Assembly (NCBI GenBank): GCA_964531985.1
Contig: CAZHFC010000001.1
Coordinates: 124,871 to 188,870, forward strand
Length of the DNA: 64,000 nucleotides
From: an uncultured Bacteroidales bacterium
GTDB lineage: Bacteria; Bacteroidota; Bacteroidia; Bacteroidales; B18-G4
Reading direction: 5' to 3'
Position numbers and translations under genes: made by a program. Below the pieces are notes generated by a model, which was not told where the DNA came from, did no database searches, and saw only the letters and a program-made list of their open reading frames with translations. Below, one piece after another: positions 28,667 to 38,728 of the stretch. The stretch's first letter is position 1, and each line of letters begins with the position of its first letter.

Positions 28667-28674
28667 CAAAGGTA
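28667..28674 (-). promoter_or_regulatory. candidate -7 promoter box (TACCTTTG on minus strand) for tRNA-Gln and the downstream rimP-nusA-infB genes
   Basis: The minus strand reads tataCCTTTGcag, matching TAnnTTTG, about 30 nt upstream of the mature tRNA 5-prime end. Confidence 0.3.
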
Positions 28675-28850
28675 TAAAAATTATTAATTCTAAAAAAATG
28701 AGGCTCTTTTTTATTCAAAAACAGGACTTTCGGGCAATTTTTCCTCCGCTGCCGCGATAAAAAAAATATAATTTACACGCTTACAGGGATTCCAATGGGG
28801 CAAATTTCCTATTTTCGCTGTGGCAATTGAACATTATAAGAACCCTGCAC

Positions 28851-31800
28851 ATGGAAAAGCAATATTATAAACTGAATATGTATCTGGGATTGCTGGTGTT
28901 TCTCATCGCAACCCTGGTTTATTTTCTTACCCTTGAACCCACTACAAGCTGGTGGGATTGCGGTGAGTATATTGCCACGGCCTACAAGCTGCAGGTTGGC
29001 CACCCGCCGGGGGCGCCACTCTTCCAGATGATCGGAAGGTTTTTTTCCTTGTTTGCCTTTGGCAGTACCGCGCACGTGGCCCTGATGGTCAATGTTATGT
29101 CGGCGCTCTGCAGCAGCCTCACAATAATGTTTCTCTTCTGGACCATCACCATGCTGGCTCGCAAGCTGGTACCCGGCGAAGAGATGAGTGCAAACAAGAT
29201 GTATGCCATCCTGGGCAGCGGCCTGGTGGGTGCCCTGGCATACACATTTACCGATTCCTTCTGGTTCTCAGCCGTCGAGGGCGAGGTATATGCCATGTCG
29301 TCCTTTTTTACGGCTATCACCTTCTGGGCCATCCTGCGCTGGGAAAGGGTTGCCAGTCAGGAACACGCCCTGCGCTGGATCATCCTCATCGCATTTCTCA
29401 TCGGGCTTTCAATAGGGGTACACATGCTCAACCTGCTGGCCATACCGGCCATTGCCTTTGTCTACTATTTTAAAAAATACAAGGCCGGCACACGCGGCAT
29501 CATCGTCACTTTTATCATTTCCGGGCTGCTGCTCGTTTTTATCATGAACGTGATCATTCCGGGCATCGTAAGCCTGTCAACGGCATTTGAGCTTTTCTTT
29601 GTCAATGGCATGGGCTTCCCCTTCAATTCCGGTACCCTGGTATATTTCATCTTGCTGACTGCCCTGATCGTTTTTGGATTGTGGATCACCCATCAATACA
29701 GGCGGGTGCTCCTGAATACCATCATCCTATCTTTTCTTTTCATTCTCATCGGATATTCTTCTTTCTTCATGCTCATCATCCGCTCGAATGAAAACACTCC
29801 CATCGATGAAAACAGCCCCGAAGATGCCATCGCGCTGCTCTCTTACCTGAACAGGGAACAATATGGCGACTGGCCCAAACTGTACGGCCAGTACTACACA
29901 GCTCCCATTGTTGACTACGGCGACGGGAGCCCGCTCTATATCAAGGACCGGGAGGCGGGCAAGTATGTGATCACAGATTACAGGCGTGGAACAAAACCAA
30001 TCTACGACAAACGGTTTATGACCATTTTCCCGAGGATGTGGAGCAACCAGAAACCCGAACATAAGCGGATGTATAACCTGTATACGAATAATGCCGCTGT
30101 GATAAACGTTGACGGGGAGCCTCTGAGAAGGCCTTCATTTGGTGATAATCTTTCCTTTTTCCTTGATTATCAGCTTGGGCATATGTATCTGCGCTATTTT
30201 ATGTGGAATTTTGTAGGAAGACAGAATGATATTGAAGCCCAGCCCGGGCCGGTCGACGGAAACTGGCTGAGCGGAATTCCCTTTATTGATAATGCCCGCC
30301 TGGGCAGTCAGGAAGGCCTGCCGGCCAGCCTTGAAAGCCCCGCCCGCAATAAATTCTACTTCCTGCCGCTGCTCCTGGGCCTTGCCGGGCTGATCTTCCA
30401 TTTTCAGACAAGCAGACGCGACACGCTGGTGGTAGCCCTGCTGTTTTTCATGACCGGCATCGCCATTGTATTATACCTGAATCAATATCCCTATCAGCCC
30501 AGGGAAAGGGATTATGCCTATGCCGGGTCCTTCTACGCATTTGCCATGTGGATCGGTCTCGGGGTGATGGGCATCAGCCACTGGCTGAAGAAATACCTGG
30601 GTGAAAAAAAGACCATTCCCCTGCTGGTCACCCTTGTTTGCCTGCTTTTGGTACCGGGGATCATGGCCCGCGAAGGATGGGACGACCACGACCGGTCGGG
30701 CAAATATGCTGCCCGCGATTTCGGGATGAATTATCTCGCCTCATGCGATCCGCATGCCGTGCTCATCACAAATGGCGACAACGACACTTTTCCCTTGTGG
30801 TATGCCCAGGAGGTGGAAGGCTTCCGAACCGATATACGCGTGGTGAACTACATGCTTTCCTCAGGTTACTGGTATGTGCACCAACTGATGCGAAAGGTCT
30901 ATGATTCCGACCCGATTCCCCTCACCCTGACACACGATCAGTACGAAAAGGGGAGAAACCAGTATATCATGTATGTTGACAGGGGCCTGAAAGATCATGT
31001 GGAACTGAAAGACCTGATCAACTTCATTGCCAGTGAGGATGAACGGACCAAACTCCCGCTCACCACAGGGGAGAAGATCAACTATATGCCGACCAAGAAG
31101 GTCAGGCTTACGGTCGATTCGGCCCGCTGTGTCGACAACGGCATTGTTCCGCCTGAAATGGCACACCTCATCGTTCCTTATATCGAATGGGAGATCAGGC
31201 AAAATGCCTTGTATAAAAATGACCTGATGTTGCTCGATTTCCTGGCTACCAATAACTGGGAACGGCCACTATACCTGGCAAATCCCGGCTCACTCGAGAA
31301 GGTTGTCAACATCGATGAGTATTGCCATCTCGAAGGGAATGTGTACAGGTTCATGCCGGTAAAGGCCCGCGACTATATCAGGCAGCTCGGCGGTGTGAAT
31401 GCCGGGAAATCATACGATATCGTCATGAATGAATTCCGTTGGGGTAACCTCAACCACCCATCTGTGACCGTTGATCGTGAAAGTTACAGGCATGCCCGGA
31501 TACTGAAGCAAAATTTCCTGCGTATTGCCCAAAGCCTGTTGTTTGAAGGGAAGCCCTTACAGGCTGCTGAAATACTGGATACATGCCTGTATTACTTCCC
31601 CCATAACAAGATCCATTATGATATTATCATGATGCCCTTTATTGAGATCTATTATGATGCCGGGCAGCTTGAAAGAGCCGTGGAGGAAACCCGTCTGATG
31701 ATGGAGGTTTGCGATGAACAACTGGCGTATTTCACTTCTCTCGATCCTGATTTTGCCGGCACCTATTACGCTACGGAAATCGGTCAGAACCTGGCCGTTT

Positions 31801-31916
31801 TACAACGGATGTCGGAGGTAGCAGAGGAAAACGGGCAGGACGAACTTGCCGCTGAGATCCAGGAGGTATACCAGCAATATGTGCCTGATGCGCAAAGAAT
31901 CCTGAACAGGCCCTGA
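28851..31916 (+). CDS. DUF2723-family polytopic membrane protein (glycosyltransferase-like, PMT-related)
   Basis: The N-terminal motif TSWWDCGEYIATAYKLQVGHPPGAPLF is followed by about 10 TM helices and a large C-terminal soluble region. ATG 28851 is preferred over TTG 28827. Confidence 0.8.
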   Translation: MEKQYYKLNMYLGLLVFLIATLVYFLTLEPTTSWWDCGEYIATAYKLQVGHPPGAPLFQMIGRFFSLFAFGSTAHVALMVNVMSALCSSLTIMFLFWTITMLARKLVPGEEMSANKMYAILGSGLVGALAYTFTDSFWFSAVEGEVYAMSSFFTAITFWAILRWERVASQEHALRWIILIAFLIGLSIGVHMLNLLAIPAIAFVYYFKKYKAGTRGIIVTFIISGLLLVFIMNVIIPGIVSLSTAFELFFVNGMGFPFNSGTLVYFILLTALIVFGLWITHQYRRVLLNTIILSFLFILIGYSSFFMLIIRSNENTPIDENSPEDAIALLSYLNREQYGDWPKLYGQYYTAPIVDYGDGSPLYIKDREAGKYVITDYRRGTKPIYDKRFMTIFPRMWSNQKPEHKRMYNLYTNNAAVINVDGEPLRRPSFGDNLSFFLDYQLGHMYLRYFMWNFVGRQNDIEAQPGPVDGNWLSGIPFIDNARLGSQEGLPASLESPARNKFYFLPLLLGLAGLIFHFQTSRRDTLVVALLFFMTGIAIVLYLNQYPYQPRERDYAYAGSFYAFAMWIGLGVMGISHWLKKYLGEKKTIPLLVTLVCLLLVPGIMAREGWDDHDRSGKYAARDFGMNYLASCDPHAVLITNGDNDTFPLWYAQEVEGFRTDIRVVNYMLSSGYWYVHQLMRKVYDSDPIPLTLTHDQYEKGRNQYIMYVDRGLKDHVELKDLINFIASEDERTKLPLTTGEKINYMPTKKVRLTVDSARCVDNGIVPPEMAHLIVPYIEWEIRQNALYKNDLMLLDFLATNNWERPLYLANPGSLEKVVNIDEYCHLEGNVYRFMPVKARDYIRQLGGVNAGKSYDIVMNEFRWGNLNHPSVTVDRESYRHARILKQNFLRIAQSLLFEGKPLQAAEILDTCLYYFPHNKIHYDIIMMPFIEIYYDAGQLERAVEETRLMMEVCDEQLAYFTSLDPDFAGTYYATEIGQNLAVLQRMSEVAEENGQDELAAEIQEVYQQYVPDAQRILNRP

Positions 31917-31946
31917 CGGGAGGGCTTCATCCTTCACCATTCAGCT

Positions 31947-32816
31947 TTACAGGCTGGTATCTTTCTTTGATCCAACCTTCTGTGGCCGGTTTTTGCCTTT
32001 ACCTGCCCCCTGATCTTTCCTGCGATGAATGATGAACAGGGTCACAACCCCCAGCAGCACAAAAGGTATGCTGAGAATCTGCCCCATATTCAGCACCATG
32101 TCCTGTTCGAAGCCAACCTGCGGTTCTTTGATGAACTCTATGAGGAACCGGAAAAAGAAGACCAGGATCATGAACATGGCAAAGAGATATCCGGGTTTGG
32201 GATGCCCTTTCTTTTTCAGATAGACGAGCCACAGGAAGAGGAAAATCCCGAAGTAGGCGAGTGCTTCATAGATCTGGGTCGGATGTTTGGGAACCAGCGA
32301 AGGGTCGCTTCTTACAAAAATAAAGCCCCAGGGAAGGCTGGTCTCATTTCCATAGATCTCGGAGTTCATAAGGTTTCCGGTACGGATGAATGCGCCTGCC
32401 AGCGCCACCACGATGCAAATCCGGTCAAAAATCCAGATAAATGGCTTTTTATGCTTCTTCGAGAATAAGAGCATGGCAATGATGATGGCAATACCGGCCC
32501 CATGGCTGGCCAGGCCGCCTTTCCATATTTTTAATATTTCCAGGGGGTTGCGCAGGTATTCGGCGGGTTCGTAAAACAGTATGTGCCCGAGCCTGGCCCC
32601 GATGATGGTCGCAACGATCATGTATACAGCCAGCTGGTCAAGCACTTTCAGCGGAACGCCTTCCTTTTTGAAGATCTTTTGCATGATGATGTACCCAAAC
32701 ACAAAGCCGAGGGCAAACAGCAGCCCGTACCAACGGGGCGCAATGACGCCAAGGCCGGGTATGTCAAGCTCAAAAATCTCAGGCGCAGGATTCCATGTGA
32801 TGAAATTGAAGATCAT
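31947..32816 (-). CDS. lgt: prolipoprotein diacylglyceryl transferase
   Basis: 289 aa polytopic protein. RWYGLLFALGF, GARLGHILFYEP, WKGGLASHG and HPTQIYEAL match the Lgt pattern. Confidence 0.9.
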   Translation of the reverse strand: MIFNFITWNPAPEIFELDIPGLGVIAPRWYGLLFALGFVFGYIIMQKIFKKEGVPLKVLDQLAVYMIVATIIGARLGHILFYEPAEYLRNPLEILKIWKGGLASHGAGIAIIIAMLLFSKKHKKPFIWIFDRICIVVALAGAFIRTGNLMNSEIYGNETSLPWGFIFVRSDPSLVPKHPTQIYEALAYFGIFLFLWLVYLKKKGHPKPGYLFAMFMILVFFFRFLIEFIKEPQVGFEQDMVLNMGQILSIPFVLLGVVTLFIIHRRKDQGAGKGKNRPQKVGSKKDTSL

Positions 32817-32860
32817 GGGAAGGTTTTTTTATACAACAAAGATATAAGAATATAAATTGA

Positions 32861-33946
32861 TTAGCCAAGGCGCATTAAAAGTGCATCGATCCTTTTATGC
32901 AGGACAGCCTGGTCGTTCTCCGTCCTGATACCGGGATAGTTTCTTGCCGCCTGGAATACCCTTGCAATATTGAGTTCCTTTTGCGAAACGCTGTAATAAT
33001 TGCGTTTTGCCATATGGTAGGAGGCAAGGTATTCCTGCTCGGGTTGCCCCGGCGTAGGAACCAGCACAGCCCTGCTCCCCGTACTTGCCAGATCCATGAT
33101 GCTTGAGTAGCCCGAACGGCAAAGGATCAGTTCCGACGACATGATGGCTTCCTGCATCCGTTCTGTGTCCATGTGGGGGCATATGGTAAGATTGCCCCGC
33201 TGTTCGGTCTCTACGGCCTTTCCCGGTTTTCCCAGCAGTACCAGTGCTTTAAGGCAGGTTTCGCCGAGTTGCCGGATGACCATGGATTCAAATATGCTTC
33301 GCTGGGGTTCGGGGCCGCTGATGATGGCCATCAGGTCATAGGTCTTTGATCTTTTCCCTTTGTGGTTCGCGAACCTCGACTGCGGTCCGATAAAATAGGC
33401 GGGGATGCGGGCAGGGCGCTGGTGGGCAAGATCACCGGCCAGCGATCCGGGCCCCTTCGTATCGGGGATCCAGCATTCGTCAAAACGCTTGATGAAGCGG
33501 CCATGCAAACGGTAGAGCAGGCCGCCGGTAAATGATAGTGGAGCCGGGGCCCTGACCGCCAACTGGTGCGTGATGTAAATGGAAGGGATCCTCTTTGACC
33601 ATAAGCCGAAGCGGTTATCGGATATTACCGCATCAATCCTGTGCCTGTCAATAAGGTCGTCCAGCAAACGGTGTTCTTTTCGGATCGAGCGCAGGATTGC
33701 CGGCGATTGTCTCATCATATGCCAGGCCATGCTGCCACCGGAAGGATAGGTGATGCCGTATTCATTGAGCGGGACTATTTCCATCCCGGGAAACTCCTCC
33801 AGCAGGAAGGATGCCCCTGCACCCGAGGCGGCAGGGATCACGTTTACTCCCTTTTCGGACAGTATCCTGATCAGGGGGACACAACGGCTTGCATGCCCGA
33901 GCCCCCAGTCAAGCGGCCCTGTCAGAATGTTGAAATCTTTTTTCAT
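32861..33946 (-). CDS. glycosyltransferase (GT-B fold, MurG/GT28-like family)
   Basis: 361 aa. N-terminus GPLDWGLGHASRCVPLIRIL and C-terminal CRSGYSSIMDLASTG...LVPTPGQPEQEYLA resemble the nucleotide-sugar binding halves of MurG-like transferases. Confidence 0.6.
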   Translation of the reverse strand: MKKDFNILTGPLDWGLGHASRCVPLIRILSEKGVNVIPAASGAGASFLLEEFPGMEIVPLNEYGITYPSGGSMAWHMMRQSPAILRSIRKEHRLLDDLIDRHRIDAVISDNRFGLWSKRIPSIYITHQLAVRAPAPLSFTGGLLYRLHGRFIKRFDECWIPDTKGPGSLAGDLAHQRPARIPAYFIGPQSRFANHKGKRSKTYDLMAIISGPEPQRSIFESMVIRQLGETCLKALVLLGKPGKAVETEQRGNLTICPHMDTERMQEAIMSSELILCRSGYSSIMDLASTGSRAVLVPTPGQPEQEYLASYHMAKRNYYSVSQKELNIARVFQAARNYPGIRTENDQAVLHKRIDALLMRLG

Positions 33947-34078
33947 TTTTTACCGCATCTTTTTTAATAAATACTGCGACATTTTCGAAAAACGGATATT
34001 AATATACAGGGGGATGCCATCAAGCCTGAAAAAAAACGGGTATCCCATAACAAAGGTAAACAGAAACCAAGCCCGCTT

Positions 34079-35191
34079 ATGAATGCAAAGGATGAAAATT
34101 TACTTTATTGCATCGCCATTACACTCATACCCAACATTGGACATGTGAATGCGAAAAAGCTCATTGCCTGGTGTGGTGATCCAAAGGCGGTATTCCGCGA
34201 ACCGCGGTCACGCCTGGCCAAAATCCCCGGCGTGGCGCGACTGCTGGGCCAGGGCTCCGGTTTGAAGGGGCTGCTCGACAGGGCCGAGAAGGAAGTGAAA
34301 TTCATCATCAATAATCGCATCGTTCCATTGTATTATTATGAGGATGATTATCCTTCGCGGCTTCGCCATTGCGCCGACAGCCCGCTGATGCTGTATTTTA
34401 AAGGTAATGCCGCTATGAAAGGGAAAAAGGCGCTGGCGGTGGTGGGCACCCGGAAATCCACTCCTTACGGACGCATGGTTTGCGAGGAGATCATCGAAGG
34501 CTTTCGTGATGACGATATCGATATCATCAGCGGTATGGCTTATGGCATTGATTCCTGTGCCCACCGCAAAGCCTTGTCGGCCGGGCTTCAAACAATAGGG
34601 GTGCTGGCCCATGGCCTCGACCGCATCTATCCCTGGGAGAACAGGCGGATGGCTGCACGCATGATCAGCCAGGGGGGCTTGATCACGGAATTCCTGAGCG
34701 GCTCGATGCCCGACAGGGAGAACTTTCCGAAACGCAACCGCATCATCGCCGGCCTTTCCGATGCGGTGCTCGTGGTGGAATCGGCGGCAAAAGGCGGAGC
34801 CATCATCACCGCCGACATCGCCAATTCTTATAACAGGGATGTTTTTGCCGTCCCCGGCAGGGTGAATGACGAGTTTTCCGATGGATGCCACCTCCTGATC
34901 AGGCGCAATGTGGCGGCGCTGGCCAGGTCGGCAGCCGACATCCGTTATTCAATGGCCTGGGCCGAAACCGGCCTGCGGCGCAAAAACCTGGCTGAGCGCT
35001 TTGCCCGCCATGGGCCCGACGAACAAAAGGTGCTGTCGGTGATCATGGAAAAGAACAGGGCTTCCGTCGACGATATCGTGATCATCGCAGGCCTCGGGGC
35101 GTCAAAAACTGCCGGGGTCCTGCTGAAACTCGAATTTGAAGGGGCCATCACGGGCCTGCCGGGCAAGATGTACGAGATCAGGGGATGGTAA
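34079..35191 (+). CDS. dprA: DNA-processing protein DprA
   Basis: AVVGTRKSTPYG, ISGMAYGIDSCAHRKAL, FPKRNRIIAGLSDAVLVVESAAKGGAIITA, and a C-terminal winged-helix-like tail. Confidence 0.9.
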   Translation: MNAKDENLLYCIAITLIPNIGHVNAKKLIAWCGDPKAVFREPRSRLAKIPGVARLLGQGSGLKGLLDRAEKEVKFIINNRIVPLYYYEDDYPSRLRHCADSPLMLYFKGNAAMKGKKALAVVGTRKSTPYGRMVCEEIIEGFRDDDIDIISGMAYGIDSCAHRKALSAGLQTIGVLAHGLDRIYPWENRRMAARMISQGGLITEFLSGSMPDRENFPKRNRIIAGLSDAVLVVESAAKGGAIITADIANSYNRDVFAVPGRVNDEFSDGCHLLIRRNVAALARSAADIRYSMAWAETGLRRKNLAERFARHGPDEQKVLSVIMEKNRASVDDIVIIAGLGASKTAGVLLKLEFEGAITGLPGKMYEIRGW

Positions 35192-35238
35192 GAACGAATG
35201 ATGTACCTTTGCATATTGTCAAACAGAATAAATATGCT

Positions 35239-35508
35239 ATGGCAAAGGTGAACATTGAAAGGCTGAGCAACGGCGAAATCGAAGAACGCCGGATTAAAAG
35301 CTGGCCCGTTTGGGAAAAGGAAGTGTCGCGCTTCGACTGGACATACGATGCCGATGAAGAATGCTATATCCTGGAAGGGGAGGTGGAAGTGGAAACATCC
35401 GAAGGGATCTATCATTTGCAACCCGGCGATTTCGTTACATTCAGCCGGGGGCTCAAATGCGTGTGGGACATTAAAAAAAGTATTCGTAAACATTACCGGT
35501 TCGGTTAA
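35239..35508 (+). CDS. cupin domain protein (DUF861/cupin_3-like)
   Basis: WPVWEKEVSRFDWTYDADEECYILEGEVEVETSEG...GDFVTFSRGLKCVWDIKKSIRKHYRF matches the cupin_3 pattern. The likely start is ATG 35239, within the ORF 35185-35508. Confidence 0.7.
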   Translation: MAKVNIERLSNGEIEERRIKSWPVWEKEVSRFDWTYDADEECYILEGEVEVETSEGIYHLQPGDFVTFSRGLKCVWDIKKSIRKHYRFG

Positions 35509-35519
35509 GCCACTGCAAA

Positions 35520-36434
35520 GTGAAGGGAATCGTTACCAAATCTACAGGAAGCTGGTATACCGTCATGGATGGTGATGGCCATGAAACCGATTGCAGGCTG
35601 AAAGGAAAATTCAAGCTGGCCGGAAGCAAATCGACAAACCCGCTGGCAGTGGGCGACCATGTTGAATTTTCCATGCAGCCTGAAGAAGATACCGGGCTGA
35701 TCACTGCCATCCGCCCAAGAAAAAACTACATCATCCGTAAGGCTACCAAACTGTCAAAGGTTTCGCATGTCCTGGCTGCTAACCTCGACCAGGCAATGGT
35801 CATTGTAACCCTTGCCGAACCAAGGACTTCCACGGGTTTTATCGATCGCTTTCTGATCACTGCCGAAGCATACCACATCCCTGCGGCGGTTTTCTTTAAC
35901 AAGACCGATATATACAATAAGGACCAGATGGCAGAACTCAGTGAACTTGAAGGTATATACCGCCGTGCTGGGTACAGCTCACACAGTGTCTCGGCACGGA
36001 GCGGGCAGGGTATCGGGCGGTTCAGGGAGGCGCTCAAAGACCGGGTCACCCTCATTGCCGGGCATTCGGGGGTTGGAAAGTCATCCCTCATCAACTATAT
36101 CGAGCCCTCCCTCGACCTGAAGGTGAAACCCATCAGCAAAGCGCATAAGAAAGGCTTGCACACCACTACCTTTGCCAGAATGTTCCGACTGTCGTTCGGG
36201 GCTTTCATCATTGATACGCCCGGCATAAAGGAGTTCGGGCTTTATGAACTCGACCGGGCCACCCTGGCCGAAAGGTACCCGGAAATGCGCGCCCTGATGC
36301 ACCAATGCCGTTATGCGAATTGCACACACCTGCATGAACCCGGCTGTGCGGTCAAAAAGGCCGTGGCAGATGGTGAGATCAGTGAATCAAGATATGAGGG
36401 GTACGTCCGCATCATGGCGGGTGATATCCTGTAA
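35520..36434 (+). CDS. rsgA: ribosome small-subunit-dependent GTPase A
   Basis: GTG start. OB-fold N-terminus, NKTD, P-loop GHSGVGKSSLIN, and zinc knuckle CRYANCTHLHEPGCAV. Confidence 0.9.
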   Translation: MKGIVTKSTGSWYTVMDGDGHETDCRLKGKFKLAGSKSTNPLAVGDHVEFSMQPEEDTGLITAIRPRKNYIIRKATKLSKVSHVLAANLDQAMVIVTLAEPRTSTGFIDRFLITAEAYHIPAAVFFNKTDIYNKDQMAELSELEGIYRRAGYSSHSVSARSGQGIGRFREALKDRVTLIAGHSGVGKSSLINYIEPSLDLKVKPISKAHKKGLHTTTFARMFRLSFGAFIIDTPGIKEFGLYELDRATLAERYPEMRALMHQCRYANCTHLHEPGCAVKKAVADGEISESRYEGYVRIMAGDIL

Positions 36435-36445
36435 AACCCAATAAT

Positions 36446-37108
36446 ATGACAGCAATAGAACTGATGAGCGATATCATTGTCCCGCTGAGAACCTCCGATA
36501 CGGTTGGCACGGCGTTCAGCATGATGGCGGAGATAAAGGTGTCACATCTTCCCGTGGTGAACAACCTTTCCTACCTTGCTCTTTTGTCTGAATCGGACCT
36601 TGAAGCGGGAATAAAGGATAAAACCCCGGTGGGGGACGTGAAACTAAGCTTGTCGCGACCCATGGTAAGCGGCACACAGCATATCTACGACGTGATCAGG
36701 ATGATGAGCGAACATAAGCTTAGTGTCCTCCCGGTTGTGGATGACGACGAAAACTACCTGGGAGCTGTGAGCCTGCAAAGTCTCACGGCCGGCCTGGCTG
36801 CTATGTCGGCCGTTTTTCAGCCGGGTACGGTGATCATCCTTGAAATGAGCCAGAACGACTACAGCCTTTCGGAAATCGCACAGATCGTCGAATCAAACGA
36901 TGCCAGGGTGCTGAGCCTCTATCTCTCCCACCAATCAGACTCCACCATGCTTGAAGTTATCCTGAAAGTAAATAAAACGGATGTAACCAACATCATCAGC
37001 ACCTTTAACCGCTATGACTATATCATTAAGGCATCCTACGGTGAGGATACGGATCCGGCCGATCTGAAGGACCGCTACGATTCCCTGATGAATTATCTCA
37101 ATGTGTGA
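36446..37108 (+). CDS. CBS domain pair protein
   Basis: Two CBS-like units (VSHLPVVNNLSYLALLSESDL and LSVLPVVDDDENYLGAVSLQSL), followed by an uncharacterised C-terminal domain. Confidence 0.7.
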   Translation: MTAIELMSDIIVPLRTSDTVGTAFSMMAEIKVSHLPVVNNLSYLALLSESDLEAGIKDKTPVGDVKLSLSRPMVSGTQHIYDVIRMMSEHKLSVLPVVDDDENYLGAVSLQSLTAGLAAMSAVFQPGTVIILEMSQNDYSLSEIAQIVESNDARVLSLYLSHQSDSTMLEVILKVNKTDVTNIISTFNRYDYIIKASYGEDTDPADLKDRYDSLMNYLNV

Positions 37109-37131
37109 TCTCCCTTTTTAAAAGGCCCCTG

Positions 37132-38565
37132 ATGCGATCATTTCTGCCATATATTGTCTTACTGCTCTTTATGATGGTTGTCAGGCCGCCGGTCATGGAA
37201 GCACAGAAAATTGATGCTGCGGAAAGCCTCATCGTGATCGGGCAGATCATTTTCGAGGGAAACAGGCAGACAAAGGAAAGGATCATCAGGCGTGAACTCC
37301 TGTTCAGGGAAGGTGATACGCTTAGCCTTGAAAAATTCAATGAGCTGCTTGAAAAAAGCCGGGAAAACCTGCTGAACACCTCCCTCTTTAATTTCGTGTA
37401 TGCAGGCATAACTTCTTCTGCAGATTCCGCCCGGCAGCTTAACGTGGTCTTCACCTTCACCGAACGCTGGTACGTCTGGCCATGGCCCATCATTGAATTT
37501 GCCGACCGTAACTTCAATACCTGGTGGAACGAAAACAGGGATTTGTCGCGCATGAGCTACGGAGTGGCACTCAGGTGGGAGAATTTCCGGGGAAGAAAAG
37601 AAACCCTGGAATGGACCGCCCGTTTCGGTTACAATGAACTCTACGGCCTGCAATACACCATTCCATACCTCAATAAAAAGGAAACACTGGGAATTACCGT
37701 GGGCGGAAGCTATGGCAGAACCAGGGAAGTCCCGGTCATGAATGCCGATAACCGTCAGGTATATTACAAAAATGATGATGAATACGTATTGCAGGCAATG
37801 GTTTTTCACCTTGATCTCATATACCGTAAACGTATCCACAATACCCACAGGCTGAAACTGGAATATGATCAGCGCAATTACGCCGATACCATCATCACGA
37901 TCAATCCCGGTTTTATACCCGGGGGCGGGAACAGGCTGCAGTACTTCACGCTTGTTTATCTGTTCAAAAGCGATTTCCGCAATTATAAACCCTACCCCCT
38001 GAGCGGACACTATTTCGATGTTGAGGTGGTAAAAAGGGGTCTGGGTTTTCCGGGAAACGACATCGTAGACGAATTTTACGTGCAAAGTGCCTTCAGGAAA
38101 TATTTTGTGCTTGCGCTCAGGTGGTACCATGCCACAGGCCTGAATGCCCGGTTCACAAATGGATCGCAGAGGCCCTATTTTATGGACAGGGCCATTGGCT
38201 ACGGACGCGATCTGGTCAGGGGGTATGAGTATTATGTTATGAACGGAAATAATTTCGGGATACTGAAGAACAACCTGAAATTTGCCCTCATTCCGGAAAA
38301 TTCGTTCAAGATGAACTTCATCAGGACTGAAAAGTTCAGCAAAGTACATTATGCCTTCTACCTGAATGCCTTTTTTGATATCGGATATGTTGACCAGATG
38401 TATCCCCGGCCCGAATTGAACAACAGTCTTGAGAACACTTTGCTGGCAGGATATGGCCTTGGTATCGATTTTGTTACATATTATGATATGGTTTTCAGGT
38501 TCGAGTATTCCTTTAACATTATTAGCGAGCACGGTTTTTTCCTGCATTTCATGGCTCCCATATAG
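37132..38565 (+). CDS. BamA/TamA-family outer membrane protein (single POTRA plus beta-barrel)
   Basis: Signal peptide. POTRA-like IIFEGNRQTKERIIRRELLFREGDTLSLEKFNELLEKSRENLLNTSLF. The remainder shows alternating aromatic beta-strand patterning. The start is ATG 37132 or GTG 37105. Confidence 0.75.
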   Translation: MRSFLPYIVLLLFMMVVRPPVMEAQKIDAAESLIVIGQIIFEGNRQTKERIIRRELLFREGDTLSLEKFNELLEKSRENLLNTSLFNFVYAGITSSADSARQLNVVFTFTERWYVWPWPIIEFADRNFNTWWNENRDLSRMSYGVALRWENFRGRKETLEWTARFGYNELYGLQYTIPYLNKKETLGITVGGSYGRTREVPVMNADNRQVYYKNDDEYVLQAMVFHLDLIYRKRIHNTHRLKLEYDQRNYADTIITINPGFIPGGGNRLQYFTLVYLFKSDFRNYKPYPLSGHYFDVEVVKRGLGFPGNDIVDEFYVQSAFRKYFVLALRWYHATGLNARFTNGSQRPYFMDRAIGYGRDLVRGYEYYVMNGNNFGILKNNLKFALIPENSFKMNFIRTEKFSKVHYAFYLNAFFDIGYVDQMYPRPELNNSLENTLLAGYGLGIDFVTYYDMVFRFEYSFNIISEHGFFLHFMAPI

Positions 38566-38681
38566 TTTCCGCCACCCGGTTGCCCTTTTTCCCCGTTGAT
38601 TACAGGCTGTTGTTTTTCAGCATGTTTTGCATCGCTTTCATATTTGTTAATTATTGTTAATCATATATTTATTAATTCCTG

Positions 38682-38689
38682 TATTTTTG
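38682..38689 (+). promoter_or_regulatory. candidate -7 promoter box TATTTTTG upstream of nadK
   Basis: ctgTATTTTTGtaa lies 40 nt upstream of ATG 38729. Confidence 0.35.
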
Positions 38690-38728
38690 TAAACTTGCAA
38701 GGATTTAGGAATTATATGAAATACGGGC

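Noticed and set aside
37159-38547. A 462-aa stop-free ORF runs antisense to almost the entire BamA-family gene, raising the possibility of an overlapping gene.
   Set aside because: It lies in the codon-aligned antisense frame, so it stays open simply because the sense gene uses no TTA, CTA or TCA codons between 37159 and 38547. The sense protein has a signal peptide, a POTRA motif and beta-barrel patterning, whereas the antisense translation has no recognisable motif. The same codon-aligned shadow effect recurs across the window: 13138-13692 versus lepA, 18021-18917 versus the T9SS-B gene, 20438-21124 versus rel, 34208-34891 versus dprA, 50110-50901 versus lemA, and 62296-62961 versus the ompA-family gene. 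This points to codon bias rather than coding.
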